Source: Alphaproteobacteria bacterium (GTDB lineage Bacteria > Pseudomonadota > Alphaproteobacteria > UBA3830). Taken from it: a DNA stretch of 43,776 nt. Position numbers and translations under genes: made by a program. Positions 1 through 8,058 of the stretch are shown piece after piece. The stretch covers positions 1-43,776 of the forward strand of contig JAGABS010000077.1 of NCBI GenBank assembly GCA_017614525.1. Direction: 5' to 3'. Position 1 is the stretch's first letter. Each line of letters starts with the position of its first letter. Under the pieces are notes generated by a model. That model was not told the DNA's origin. It ran no database searches and was given only the letters and a program-made list of their open reading frames with translations.

Positions 1-801
1 CGCATTTGCCGGAGCCACGGAAAGTTTTGCGCTGGCAGCCAAATTTTGCAGCTGTTCCTTATTCACTTCCGGAATTTCCTCTTCCTCATTTTCCGGAATA
101 GTTGAGTCATCGTCCAGGGTATCGGCGATTGTTTTTTCTACGGACTCCTGGATGACGTTGACAACTTTCACTTCAGAGAAATCGTGATCCTTCAGCCAAG
201 CTGCGAGTGTTTCTGCATTTTCTTTTTTCTTAAACGGACCGCAGAATATAAAAGATTCCCCAGGGCATGTTTTGGATTCTTCGACATGAACCTTGTATCC
301 TTTGTTTATGAGCAAGTTTTGAATCTGGAGGGCTATGTTATCCTTAAAATATCCGATGAATACTACTTTTTTCCCGCGCAGGCTGTCCTTGTTGTATTTT
401 GTGGCGGACTGGATATTTTTTTCCGTTTTTTCGACAGAGCAGTCGTCATGTTCAGAGTGAGAAGCAATAATTTCCTTCAGCAGAGAGTCGGCAGACATCT
501 GTGAGGCTTTTTGATGGCTCATTTTGGTCATGACTCTGGAAACCGAGTTGGATATGTTGTCGGCGCTGCCGGAAATTATTTTCATGACCTTCTCGGAGAC
601 ATTGTTCGACTGGGCAGCGATTTGCGCGTTGATCTCCTGCAGAGTTATCTTCTTTTTATCTGAATTTTCCACGGATTCGGTTTCGGTCGTCGGCGTTTTC
701 CCGGACATTGATGTGTTGCCCATGTAGAAACCCGCGAAGAAGAACAAGGCTCCCAAAGTAATTAAAACAATAACTCCCAATACTGCCACAACTTTATTCA
801 T
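1..801 (-). CDS. Membrane-anchored SPOR-like domain protein; partial, C-terminus lies beyond the left window edge. Not in the supplied ORF track.
   Basis: Hand translation of the minus strand from ATG (comp. 799-801) gives 267 stop-free codons reaching position 1. It starts MNKVVAVLGVIVLITLGALFFFAGFY (N-terminal TM helix). A later segment, KKVVFIGYFKDNIALQIQNLLINKGYKVHVEE...FIFCGPFKKKENAETLAAWLKDH, resembles a SPOR peptidoglycan-binding repeat. The plus-strand track ORFs here (184-504, 524-727) have implausible composition. Confidence 0.6.
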   Translation of the reverse strand, partial: MNKVVAVLGVIVLITLGALFFFAGFYMGNTSMSGKTPTTETESVENSDKKKITLQEINAQIAAQSNNVSEKVMKIISGSADNISNSVSRVMTKMSHQKASQMSADSLLKEIIASHSEHDDCSVEKTEKNIQSATKYNKDSLRGKKVVFIGYFKDNIALQIQNLLINKGYKVHVEESKTCPGESFIFCGPFKKKENAETLAAWLKDHDFSEVKVVNVIQESVEKTIADTLDDDSTIPENEEEEIPEVNKEQLQNLAASAKLSVAPANA

Positions 802-913
802 GTTTTTTTTCGTCCGACCTCTATAACATCCAAACAAAAACGGCTACAATAGCACCTACTGTTTGGCAGTTTATCAGATAAAGGTTTACGTTTCGTAAAT
901 TTTAGGAGGATGT

Positions 914-2488
914 GTGCGAAAAGCGGAAGAAAAGGCAATTGTTATATTGGCGGCGGGAAATGGGTCGCGTTTGAAGTCATCTCTGCCAAAAGTGTTTCAC
1001 AAGATCGGCGGGCTTTCTCTGCTGGACCATGTTATAAAATCTGCTTCCGAAATTTCTCCGGAAAAAATTGTTGCCGTGTTGAATCCGAGATATGAGGATT
1101 TTCGTTCGGAGGTGAATGGAAACGTTGTTAAGGCGTTTCAGCCTGTCCCGAAAGGCAGCGCGGACACGGTGAAGTTCGCGATGGATAAATTACATTCTTC
1201 GAATGCGGGGTGGGTGTACATTCTTTACGGAGATATTCCTCTTATTACCTCCGATTCTCTGAAAGCGATGTACAATGTCGCTGTTTCGCATGAAAATACC
1301 GCCGTAGTTGTTTTGGCTTTTGATGCGGGGAGAGATCAAAATCTCGGGAAATTAGAGATCGGGGAGAAAGACGGAACCATTAAAAGAATTGTTGAGGCAA
1401 AGGATCTGACGGAGAATGATAAAGTGATTCCCCTGTGTAATGCCGGGCTTTTGGTCCGGCGGGACGTGCTGAGTGATTTGCTTTACAAAATCGAGGCAAG
1501 TGAGTCTACAGGTGAGTTTTATATTACGGAAATCGTGCGGCTCGCTTATCTGGCGGGATTTGATTGCCGCTATCACGTGTCCTCGAAAGAAGAGCTGTCA
1601 GGAGCGAATACCCGAGCGGAGCTTGCGACCCTGGAGAGATGTTTCCAGGACCGAATGAGAAACAAAATTTTGGAAAGTGGCGTGACTTTAGTTGCCCCGG
1701 AAACAGTGTTTTTCTCTTATGATACCGAAATTGAAAAAGACGTAACTATTCGCCCTTATGTCGTGTTTGGAAAGAATGTAAAGATAAAATCCGGCGCGGA
1801 AGTCGGTCCTTTTTGCGTAGTCGAGGGGGCCGAAGTAAGATCTGCTCAGATCGGGCCTTTTTCGAGATTGCGTCCCGGGAGCGAGATTCACGACGGGTCG
1901 AAAATCGGAAATTTCGTTGAGATTAAAAACAGTATCGTGCACGAGAAGACCAAAGTTAATCATCTTTCTTATATTGGGGACAGCGACGTGGGAGAAAATA
2001 CCAATATCGGCGCCGGAACAATCACCTGTAATTACGATGGATTCAAGAAATACAGAACGGAAATCGGCGAAAACGTATTTATAGGCTCAAACAGCGCGCT
2101 GGTTGCTCCAGTAAAAATCGAAGGCGGGGCCGTTATCGGTGCCGGTAGCGTCATAACGAAAAATGTGGATTCGAATGCCTTGGCAATAGCTCGCGGGTTT
2201 CAAAGAAATGTAAAGGATTGGGCTGTGGATTTTCGGGTAAAGCGTTCGGGCATTGCTCGTGAGCCGAAAAACTCGGAACCTTCGCAAGTTGATCCGAAAT
2301 TCGAGTCTGAAAATCAAGAATCTCAGCAATTTACTTCAAAATTTGAAAAGGCGGGGGCTCGTTTGGGGTCTCATTCGTTGTCTTCGGTAAAAAATTTTGG
2401 TTTGCGAAACCTTGCCGAAGAATTCTTGAGGAATTTTGAAGAGACAATGAAAGATAATACAGTGAAAAGTAACAGAGAAGAGAAGTAA
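914..2488 (+). CDS. glmU: Bifunctional GlcNAc-1-P uridyltransferase / GlcN-1-P acetyltransferase GlmU, with a C-terminal extension of about 80 aa
   Basis: N-terminus AIVILAAGNGSRLKSSLPKV (nucleotidyltransferase G-x-G-x-R...PK motif). Left-handed beta-helix hexapeptide repeats follow in the C-terminal half. AGGAGG lies 4 nt upstream of the GTG start. The gene sits directly upstream of glmS. Confidence 0.9.
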   Translation: MRKAEEKAIVILAAGNGSRLKSSLPKVFHKIGGLSLLDHVIKSASEISPEKIVAVLNPRYEDFRSEVNGNVVKAFQPVPKGSADTVKFAMDKLHSSNAGWVYILYGDIPLITSDSLKAMYNVAVSHENTAVVVLAFDAGRDQNLGKLEIGEKDGTIKRIVEAKDLTENDKVIPLCNAGLLVRRDVLSDLLYKIEASESTGEFYITEIVRLAYLAGFDCRYHVSSKEELSGANTRAELATLERCFQDRMRNKILESGVTLVAPETVFFSYDTEIEKDVTIRPYVVFGKNVKIKSGAEVGPFCVVEGAEVRSAQIGPFSRLRPGSEIHDGSKIGNFVEIKNSIVHEKTKVNHLSYIGDSDVGENTNIGAGTITCNYDGFKKYRTEIGENVFIGSNSALVAPVKIEGGAVIGAGSVITKNVDSNALAIARGFQRNVKDWAVDFRVKRSGIAREPKNSEPSQVDPKFESENQESQQFTSKFEKAGARLGSHSLSSVKNFGLRNLAEEFLRNFEETMKDNTVKSNREEK

Positions 2489-4255
2489 ATGTGCGGAATT
2501 GTCGGAATCTTAAGCAAAAATAACGATGACGTTGTTTCTGATATTATTAACGGGCTGGAGAAGTTAGAGTACCGGGGGTATGACTCCGCAGGAGTAGCTG
2601 TAGTCGGCGATGGCGAGCTGAAACGGGTTCGTACCGTCGGGAAACTGAACAACCTCGCGGACAAGTTGAAAGTCAATCCGGTTAAAGGAGGAGTTGGCAT
2701 TGGGCACACTCGTTGGGCAACTCACGGGAAAGCTACAGAGGAGAACGCTCATCCTATGGTTACGAAGGATGTTGCTCTCGTTCATAACGGGATAATCGAG
2801 AATTATAAGGAACTGAAAGCCGACCTGCTGCAAAAGGGATACGGGTTTACGTCTCAGACAGACAGCGAAGTCGCGGCTGTTTACCTGCAGATGGAACTGG
2901 ACAGTGGTTTAAGTCCGCGGGAAGCTTTCCGGGAAATGATTAAGGCTGTTAGAGGTACATACGCATTTCTTGCGATTTTCAAAACTTGTCCCGATATGAT
3001 TTTTTGCGCAAGAAATAAAAGTCCCGTCGCGGTTGGTTTTGGGGACAACATGTGCGTCGGGTCGGATGCAAGTTCAATCTCTGCAAATTGTTCTGAAATC
3101 GTGTACTTGGACGATGGAGACTACGCGGAAATTACGAAAGACGGAGCGACATTTTTCGATAGCAATCTTAATGTCGTGGAGAAGTCGCGGGTGGCCGTCA
3201 CCGATGACTTGGTCAACTCGGGGAAAGGCGAGTACTCTCACTATATGATCAAAGAAATCATGGAACAGCCGAGTGCGATACGCAAAACTTTGCTTGGAAA
3301 TGACGTGCCTAGGGATTTTTTCAAGGGAATTTCCAGAATTCTCATTTTGGCCTGCGGAACTTCTTACCATGCTGGGTTGGTCGGGAAATATTGGTTCGAA
3401 AAATATCTGAGGCTTCCTACTCACGTAGAAATTGCTTCCGAATACAGATATCGTTCTCCGGTAATTGAGGATAATACTCTTGCATTGGTTATTACCCAGT
3501 CGGGGGAAACGATAGATACTCTTGAAGCAATGGAATACGTAAGGAGAAATAACGTCACCTGCAAGTTGGCAGCCATTACAAATGTTTTGAACAGTGCGAT
3601 TTCTCGTTCAGCGGATTTTGTTTTTCATACAGAGGCAGGAGTTGAGATAGGAGTCGCATCTACAAAGGCTTTTACGGCTCAGTTGACGGTTTTGGCGAAG
3701 CTGGCTTTCAGTAAGAATCCGGAGTTGCTTAATCAGCTGCAGAATCTTCCCCAGGTATGTGAGAATTCTCTGTTACTGAAGGAAGATATAGATAAAATAG
3801 CTTTCAAAATAAAAGATTGCGTGAATGCTATCTATTTGGGCAGGGATAATTTGTATCCGATCGCGCTGGAGGGAGCATTGAAACTCAAGGAGATTTCCTA
3901 TATTCATGCGGAAGGATTTGCGGCAGGCGAGATGAAGCATGGTCCGATTGCTTTGATTGACGATGTAGTTCCGGTTATTTGCTTGTGTCCGTCTGGAAAC
4001 ATGTTCGACAAGATGTTTTCAAATATCCAGGTCGCGCAAGCCAGGGGAAAAAACGTTATCGTATTTACTGACACGACAGGGGCTGAAAGTTTCGATGGAT
4101 CCGTCGAGAAGATAGTGTTGCCTTCAATAAATGAGGAACTATATCCGATATTGTATTCGATTCCTCTTCAGTTGCTTGCTTATATGGTGACCGTTCTGAA
4201 GGGAGAGGATGTCGACAAACCTAGGAATCTGGCGAAATCAGTTACGGTTGAATGA
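2489..4255 (+). CDS. glmS: Glutamine--fructose-6-phosphate aminotransferase
   Basis: Starts MCGIVG (N-terminal Cys nucleophile), has two SIS domains, and ends with the C-terminal KSVTVE motif. The ATG follows the glmU stop immediately. Confidence 0.95.
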   Translation: MCGIVGILSKNNDDVVSDIINGLEKLEYRGYDSAGVAVVGDGELKRVRTVGKLNNLADKLKVNPVKGGVGIGHTRWATHGKATEENAHPMVTKDVALVHNGIIENYKELKADLLQKGYGFTSQTDSEVAAVYLQMELDSGLSPREAFREMIKAVRGTYAFLAIFKTCPDMIFCARNKSPVAVGFGDNMCVGSDASSISANCSEIVYLDDGDYAEITKDGATFFDSNLNVVEKSRVAVTDDLVNSGKGEYSHYMIKEIMEQPSAIRKTLLGNDVPRDFFKGISRILILACGTSYHAGLVGKYWFEKYLRLPTHVEIASEYRYRSPVIEDNTLALVITQSGETIDTLEAMEYVRRNNVTCKLAAITNVLNSAISRSADFVFHTEAGVEIGVASTKAFTAQLTVLAKLAFSKNPELLNQLQNLPQVCENSLLLKEDIDKIAFKIKDCVNAIYLGRDNLYPIALEGALKLKEISYIHAEGFAAGEMKHGPIALIDDVVPVICLCPSGNMFDKMFSNIQVAQARGKNVIVFTDTTGAESFDGSVEKIVLPSINEELYPILYSIPLQLLAYMVTVLKGEDVDKPRNLAKSVTVE

Positions 4256-4316
4256 AAAGTTTGATGAAGAGCAGTAGAACGAAAAGCAGCAGAAAAAAGA
4301 AAGGCGGAGTAAAAAT

Positions 4317-5267
4317 ATGAATTCGGATTTGGAATACGCAAAATCAGTTTTGAAGCAGGAAATCGCCGGGCTTGAGGCTATGTATTGGTCTCTGGGAGAC
4401 AGCTTTGTTTCTGCGGTGGAGTTGATTTATAAGAAGAGGGACGGGCACGTGATAGTCTCTGGGATGGGTAAGCCAGGGCATATCGGCAAAAAGATTTCCG
4501 CGACTCTTTCTTCCGTGGGAACTCCCTCTTTTTTCCTGCATCCGGCGGAGGCCAGCCACGGCGATTTGGGAGAAATTTCCGAGAAAGATACTTTGTTGGT
4601 TTTGTCTCTTTCCGGGAACACTCAGGAATTGATTCCTATGTTGTCATATGCCAATCGATTCGGAATTGATGTTATAGCGATTACGGGGAATCCCGAGAGT
4701 GTTTTAGCAAAATCTGCCAATGTAGTCATATTAATGCCGAAGATTGACGAAGCTTGTCCTTACAATTTGGCTCCGACAACTACCACAACAATAATGTTGG
4801 CCTTGGGTGACGCATTGGCATTGTCTCTGCTGAACAAAAAATCCTTTACCCGTGATGATTTTAAGAATCTGCACCCGGGCGGAACCTTGGGAAAGCGTCT
4901 TCTGAAGGTCATGGATCTTATGCACACGGATACTCCGATCGTCAAAGAGAATGCTCCAATGAAAGATGTATTGATCGAGATGACCAATAAATCTTTCGGA
5001 TGTGCATGTGTTGTCGATGATGAAGGAAAAATCATCGGAATAATCACAGATGGAGACCTGCGGAGAAAAATGGATTTGGATTTCCTCAATAAAACGGCTC
5101 GTGAAATTATGACGCCCGATCCTAAAGTTGTGTCGGAAGATATGTTCGCGCAGGAGGCCACAAAGATTATGAATAAGTGTTCAATAACGAGCTTGTTGGT
5201 TTGCAGGGATGAAAAACCTTGCGGAATCATTCACATTCACGATTGTTTGAGAGCGGGTCTTGCTTAA
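4317..5267 (+). CDS. kdsD: Arabinose-5-phosphate isomerase (KdsD/GutQ family, SIS + tandem CBS)
   Basis: SIS motif VSGMGKPGHIGKKISATLSSVGTPSFFLHPAEASHGDLG. A C-terminal CBS pair is present. The gene lies upstream of the lptC/lptB cluster. Confidence 0.9.
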   Translation: MNSDLEYAKSVLKQEIAGLEAMYWSLGDSFVSAVELIYKKRDGHVIVSGMGKPGHIGKKISATLSSVGTPSFFLHPAEASHGDLGEISEKDTLLVLSLSGNTQELIPMLSYANRFGIDVIAITGNPESVLAKSANVVILMPKIDEACPYNLAPTTTTTIMLALGDALALSLLNKKSFTRDDFKNLHPGGTLGKRLLKVMDLMHTDTPIVKENAPMKDVLIEMTNKSFGCACVVDDEGKIIGIITDGDLRRKMDLDFLNKTAREIMTPDPKVVSEDMFAQEATKIMNKCSITSLLVCRDEKPCGIIHIHDCLRAGLA

Positions 5268-6309
5268 CAGAAAATGGAAAATCAGAGCGATTTCTTTTTT
5301 GTTTGTCGGGGCAGCCGGATTCATATTCTGGAAGGTAGGGCGGTCTGTTTTCGCGGTGACTAAGGTCATTCATGAAAGAGAAGAGTCTGAGATTTCGGAA
5401 AAAAATGAGTTTACGGATATTGTTTATACATCTTTCGATGAGAATTCAAACAAAATTACGTTGAAATCGTCCAAAGTGAAGGAGAAAAATAACGAAACTT
5501 TCGATTTTGATAATATGGTTACGACGTTCAACATATCTCCGGAGGAAACGGCAACCATATTTGCCGACGAATCTCGCTTTGTTTCGAAAGAATCCAAACA
5601 ATGTGAAATGAACGGCAACGTCAAGCTTTTCACTGAAGAGGGCCTGCTCTTGGAAACCGAAAAATCTTTTGTTGATATCGACAAAAAAATTGCCCGCGGC
5701 GATACCGATATTAAAATAACCCAAGACGACACGAAGTTTTTCGCAAAAAAATATCAATTCGATATGGGGAAAAAAATAGTAACCCTCATAAAAGATGTGA
5801 AAGGGAATATTTCTGACGATTCAGTAACCGCAGATAAATTGGTCGTCGAATTTGATAAAGTCATCGGGAAAGATTTTAAAAGAGTTCATGCCTTCGGAAA
5901 TTCTTCGTACAAGACCAACCAGTACAACCTAAGAGCAACTAAGGATATCATTTATACAAAAAAAGATACTTCTCATACTAAACAATATACCGAAGCAAAC
6001 GGAAATGTAAATTTAGATTTTAAGAAAGATAAGCGTAGTTACTTCGTAACATCCGACCATATGACGATGGATATCCAGAATAACATCGTGGAGAAAGTGA
6101 TTGCTCAAAATAATTTAAAAATAAAGATAGATGATACGACTTCTATTAAGGGAGATCGCGGAGTGTTGGAGAATGATTTTCTCACGGTTACCGGAAACAC
6201 TGTTATTTTCAATGAAAAAGGAAAAATTCTCTGCAAAAAAGCTATACTAAACACGAAAACAAATGATATAAAGGTATACGATTCGAAAGGGATTATAAAG
6301 AGAAACTAA
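5260..6309 (+). CDS. LPS export protein with an N-terminal membrane anchor and two OstA/LptC-like beta-jellyroll halves (LptC-LptA-like fusion)
   Basis: It occupies the kdsD-[lptC-lptA]-lptB slot. It has a TM segment AISFLFVGAAGFIFW. At 349 aa it is about the size of LptC plus LptA. Both halves show repeated xTADxL / GNVxL-type strands. The TTG start overlaps the kdsD stop, so the start is uncertain. Confidence 0.6.
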   Translation: MLNRKWKIRAISFLFVGAAGFIFWKVGRSVFAVTKVIHEREESEISEKNEFTDIVYTSFDENSNKITLKSSKVKEKNNETFDFDNMVTTFNISPEETATIFADESRFVSKESKQCEMNGNVKLFTEEGLLLETEKSFVDIDKKIARGDTDIKITQDDTKFFAKKYQFDMGKKIVTLIKDVKGNISDDSVTADKLVVEFDKVIGKDFKRVHAFGNSSYKTNQYNLRATKDIIYTKKDTSHTKQYTEANGNVNLDFKKDKRSYFVTSDHMTMDIQNNIVEKVIAQNNLKIKIDDTTSIKGDRGVLENDFLTVTGNTVIFNEKGKILCKKAILNTKTNDIKVYDSKGIIKRN

Positions 6310-7038
6310 ATGGCGAGCAAACTGGTTTGTAAGAATATCAAGAAATTTATAAAAAAGAGGGCGATACTTAAAGGGATCAGTATGGAAGCGTCGCAAGGTC
6401 AGATTGTTTCTCTTCTCGGGCCTAACGGTTCGGGGAAAACTACGACATTTTCTGTTTTATGCGGACTCATTAAGGCTGATGAAGGTGCGCTGTTCCTGGA
6501 TGACATTGATATTAAGGATCTTCCCATGTATAAAAGGTCTCGCCTCGGGATAGGATACCTTCCACAGGAGCCTTCGATTTTCAGGGGATTGTCTGTTGAG
6601 GAAAATATTTATGCGGTCCTGGAGATGAGAAAGTTGTCCGAGTCCAAAATAATAAAAACGCTGGATTCTCTTCTGAAAGATCTGTCGTTGGATCATATTC
6701 GGAAATCGCCCGCCGTTATCGTTTCGGGAGGAGAAAGAAGAAAGTTGGAAATTGCGCGAGCTTTGGCTGCAGATCCGAAATTTATTCTTTTGGACGAGCC
6801 CTTTGCCGGAATAGATCCGTTGGCAATCGCGGACATGAAGGAAATGATAAATATATTGAAATCGAAAGGCATCGGGGTAATTATCACCGACCACAATGTC
6901 CGCGACACTCTTCCGTTGTCTGACTATTCTTACTTGTTATTTGAGGGAAAAGTTTTAGTTGAAGGAACGCCTTCCGAGATCATAAACAACGACAAAGCGA
7001 GAAAACTCTACCTGGGAAAAAGTTTTTCGGAAAAATAG
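6310..7038 (+). CDS. lptB: LPS export ABC transporter ATPase LptB
   Basis: Walker A GPNGSGKTT, signature VSGGERRKLEIARAL, Walker B ILLDEPFAG. Its position next to the lptC-like gene fits. Confidence 0.93.
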   Translation: MASKLVCKNIKKFIKKRAILKGISMEASQGQIVSLLGPNGSGKTTTFSVLCGLIKADEGALFLDDIDIKDLPMYKRSRLGIGYLPQEPSIFRGLSVEENIYAVLEMRKLSESKIIKTLDSLLKDLSLDHIRKSPAVIVSGGERRKLEIARALAADPKFILLDEPFAGIDPLAIADMKEMINILKSKGIGVIITDHNVRDTLPLSDYSYLLFEGKVLVEGTPSEIINNDKARKLYLGKSFSEK

Positions 7039-7153
7039 AAAGCTCAGCTCAACAGTTTAACATTTCTTAACATTATTCAGATATACATGAAATATGAAGT
7101 GTAATTCTTTAGGATTTTATTTATACTATTTTATGTAAGGTTAGGAGGATGAA

Positions 7154-7684
7154 ATGAATTTTTCTTTTTCAGGCAGACATATGGAAATCGGAGAATCTCT
7201 CACGCAGAAAGCGAAGGATGCTTGCGAAAAGTTAGAGAAAAAGTACCATGTGGAGTTTTTAGATGCAAATATCGTGATGAAGAAGGAAACGTATTTGTTT
7301 ACCACAGACATGGCGGTCAAAACCAATACGGGTAACTCCTATTTTGTTGTCAGTAATGCGGATGATCCTATCGTAAGTTTTGAGCTCGCCATCCAGAAAT
7401 TAGAACAGCAGTTTCAAAAGAAAAAGAGGCCGACCAAGTGCAGTAAAAAAGTGGAACGCAATACTTTTGATAATCCAGTCTCGGAGTCCGGAGAAGACGC
7501 CCCGATGATTATTGCTGAAATTTTGGATGATTTGCCTTTAATGAGCGTGAGCGAAGCGGCAAAGCACCTGGATGAAAATCAGCACGTTTTCATTTTTGAG
7601 AACATCTCGAACTCCGCAGTTAACGTAGTTTACTGGAGAAGCGACGGCAACATAGGTTGGTTGGATTACAAAATTAAAAGATAA
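7154..7684 (+). CDS. hpf: Ribosome hibernation promoting factor, long form
   Basis: Its position after lptB is the usual one, and the N-terminus MNFSFSGRHMEIGESL resembles the HPF/YfiA family. The C-terminal dimerisation-like domain reads MSVSEAAKHLDENQHVFIFEN...VVYWRSDGNIGWLDY. AGGAGG precedes the ATG. Confidence 0.85.
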   Translation: MNFSFSGRHMEIGESLTQKAKDACEKLEKKYHVEFLDANIVMKKETYLFTTDMAVKTNTGNSYFVVSNADDPIVSFELAIQKLEQQFQKKKRPTKCSKKVERNTFDNPVSESGEDAPMIIAEILDDLPLMSVSEAAKHLDENQHVFIFENISNSAVNVVYWRSDGNIGWLDYKIKR

Positions 7685-7704
7685 CTTTAACTCTTTTTGA
7701 TTGA

Positions 7705-7739
7705 AGACAGAAAAACGCAGACTCACATTTGTGGGTCTG
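7705..7739 (-). terminator. Putative intrinsic terminator read on the minus strand
   Basis: A 9-bp stem (7718-7726 cagactcac pairs with 7731-7739 gtgggtctg, including one G-U pair) closes a 4-nt loop. On the minus strand it is followed by UUUUUCUGUCUU (plus-strand A-run 7711-7715). There is no U-tract on the plus-strand side. Confidence 0.5.
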
Positions 7740-7790
7740 TGTTCGGGTGTGTTGATATGTCTTATGCAGCAGATGAGACCTTGGCAGCCT

Positions 7791-7876
7791 ATTCGGCGTA
7801 CCGTCCCGATAGATGTGCTGCCTGAATACAGCCTGCGGGTGCCATTCGGCGTACCGTCCGATAGGTGTGCTGCCTG
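7791..7876. repeat. Tandem direct repeat of a roughly 33-nt unit, two copies with a 53-bp period
   Basis: Copy 1 (7791-7824) is attcggcgtaccgtcccgatagatgtgctgcctg. Copy 2 (7844-7876) is attcggcgtaccgtccgataggtgtgctgcctg. They differ by one indel and one substitution. Copy 1 sits inside an extended hairpin: GGCAGC 7783-7788 pairs with GCTGCC 7817-7822, and inner CTAT/ATAG and CGG/CCG pairs extend it. Confidence 0.8.
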
Positions 7877-7881
7877 TTCGC

Positions 7882-8058
7882 TTATTTTCTAAATCTTTCT
7901 GTATTTGTTAGCGAATTTGATATATATTGTGATGGGGTTTCTGCTTGAGGATATTGCCGCGGATATGCAGGATCTTCCTTTTCAGAAGGAGTCAGTTCGC
8001 ACCTTTTTCCGCAGGCTGAAAGGCAGAGCAATATAAGTAGTATATGGATGTGCTTCAT
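7882..8058 (-). CDS. Candidate small lipoprotein (58 aa)
   Basis: An internal ATG of track ORF 7882-8607 gives [58 protein letters not shown]. This has a positively charged N-terminus, a hydrophobic core and a canonical lipobox L-S-A-C. It fills an otherwise non-coding gap. Its start overlaps head-to-head with the plus-strand thioredoxin-like gene, which lowers confidence. Confidence 0.4.
   Translation of the reverse strand: MKHIHILLILLCLSACGKRCELTPSEKEDPAYPRQYPQAETPSQYISNSLTNTERFRK

Noticed and set aside
184-727. Plus-strand track ORFs 184-504 and 524-727
   Set aside because: They are Cys/Phe-rich with implausible composition. They lie antisense to a much longer, motif-bearing minus-strand frame (the SPOR-like protein).
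7701-7892. 63-aa plus-strand ORF spanning the tandem 33-nt repeats
   Set aside because: The two repeat copies are read in different frames because of the 1-nt indel. There is no SD and no recognisable motifs. The region is better explained as non-coding and structured.
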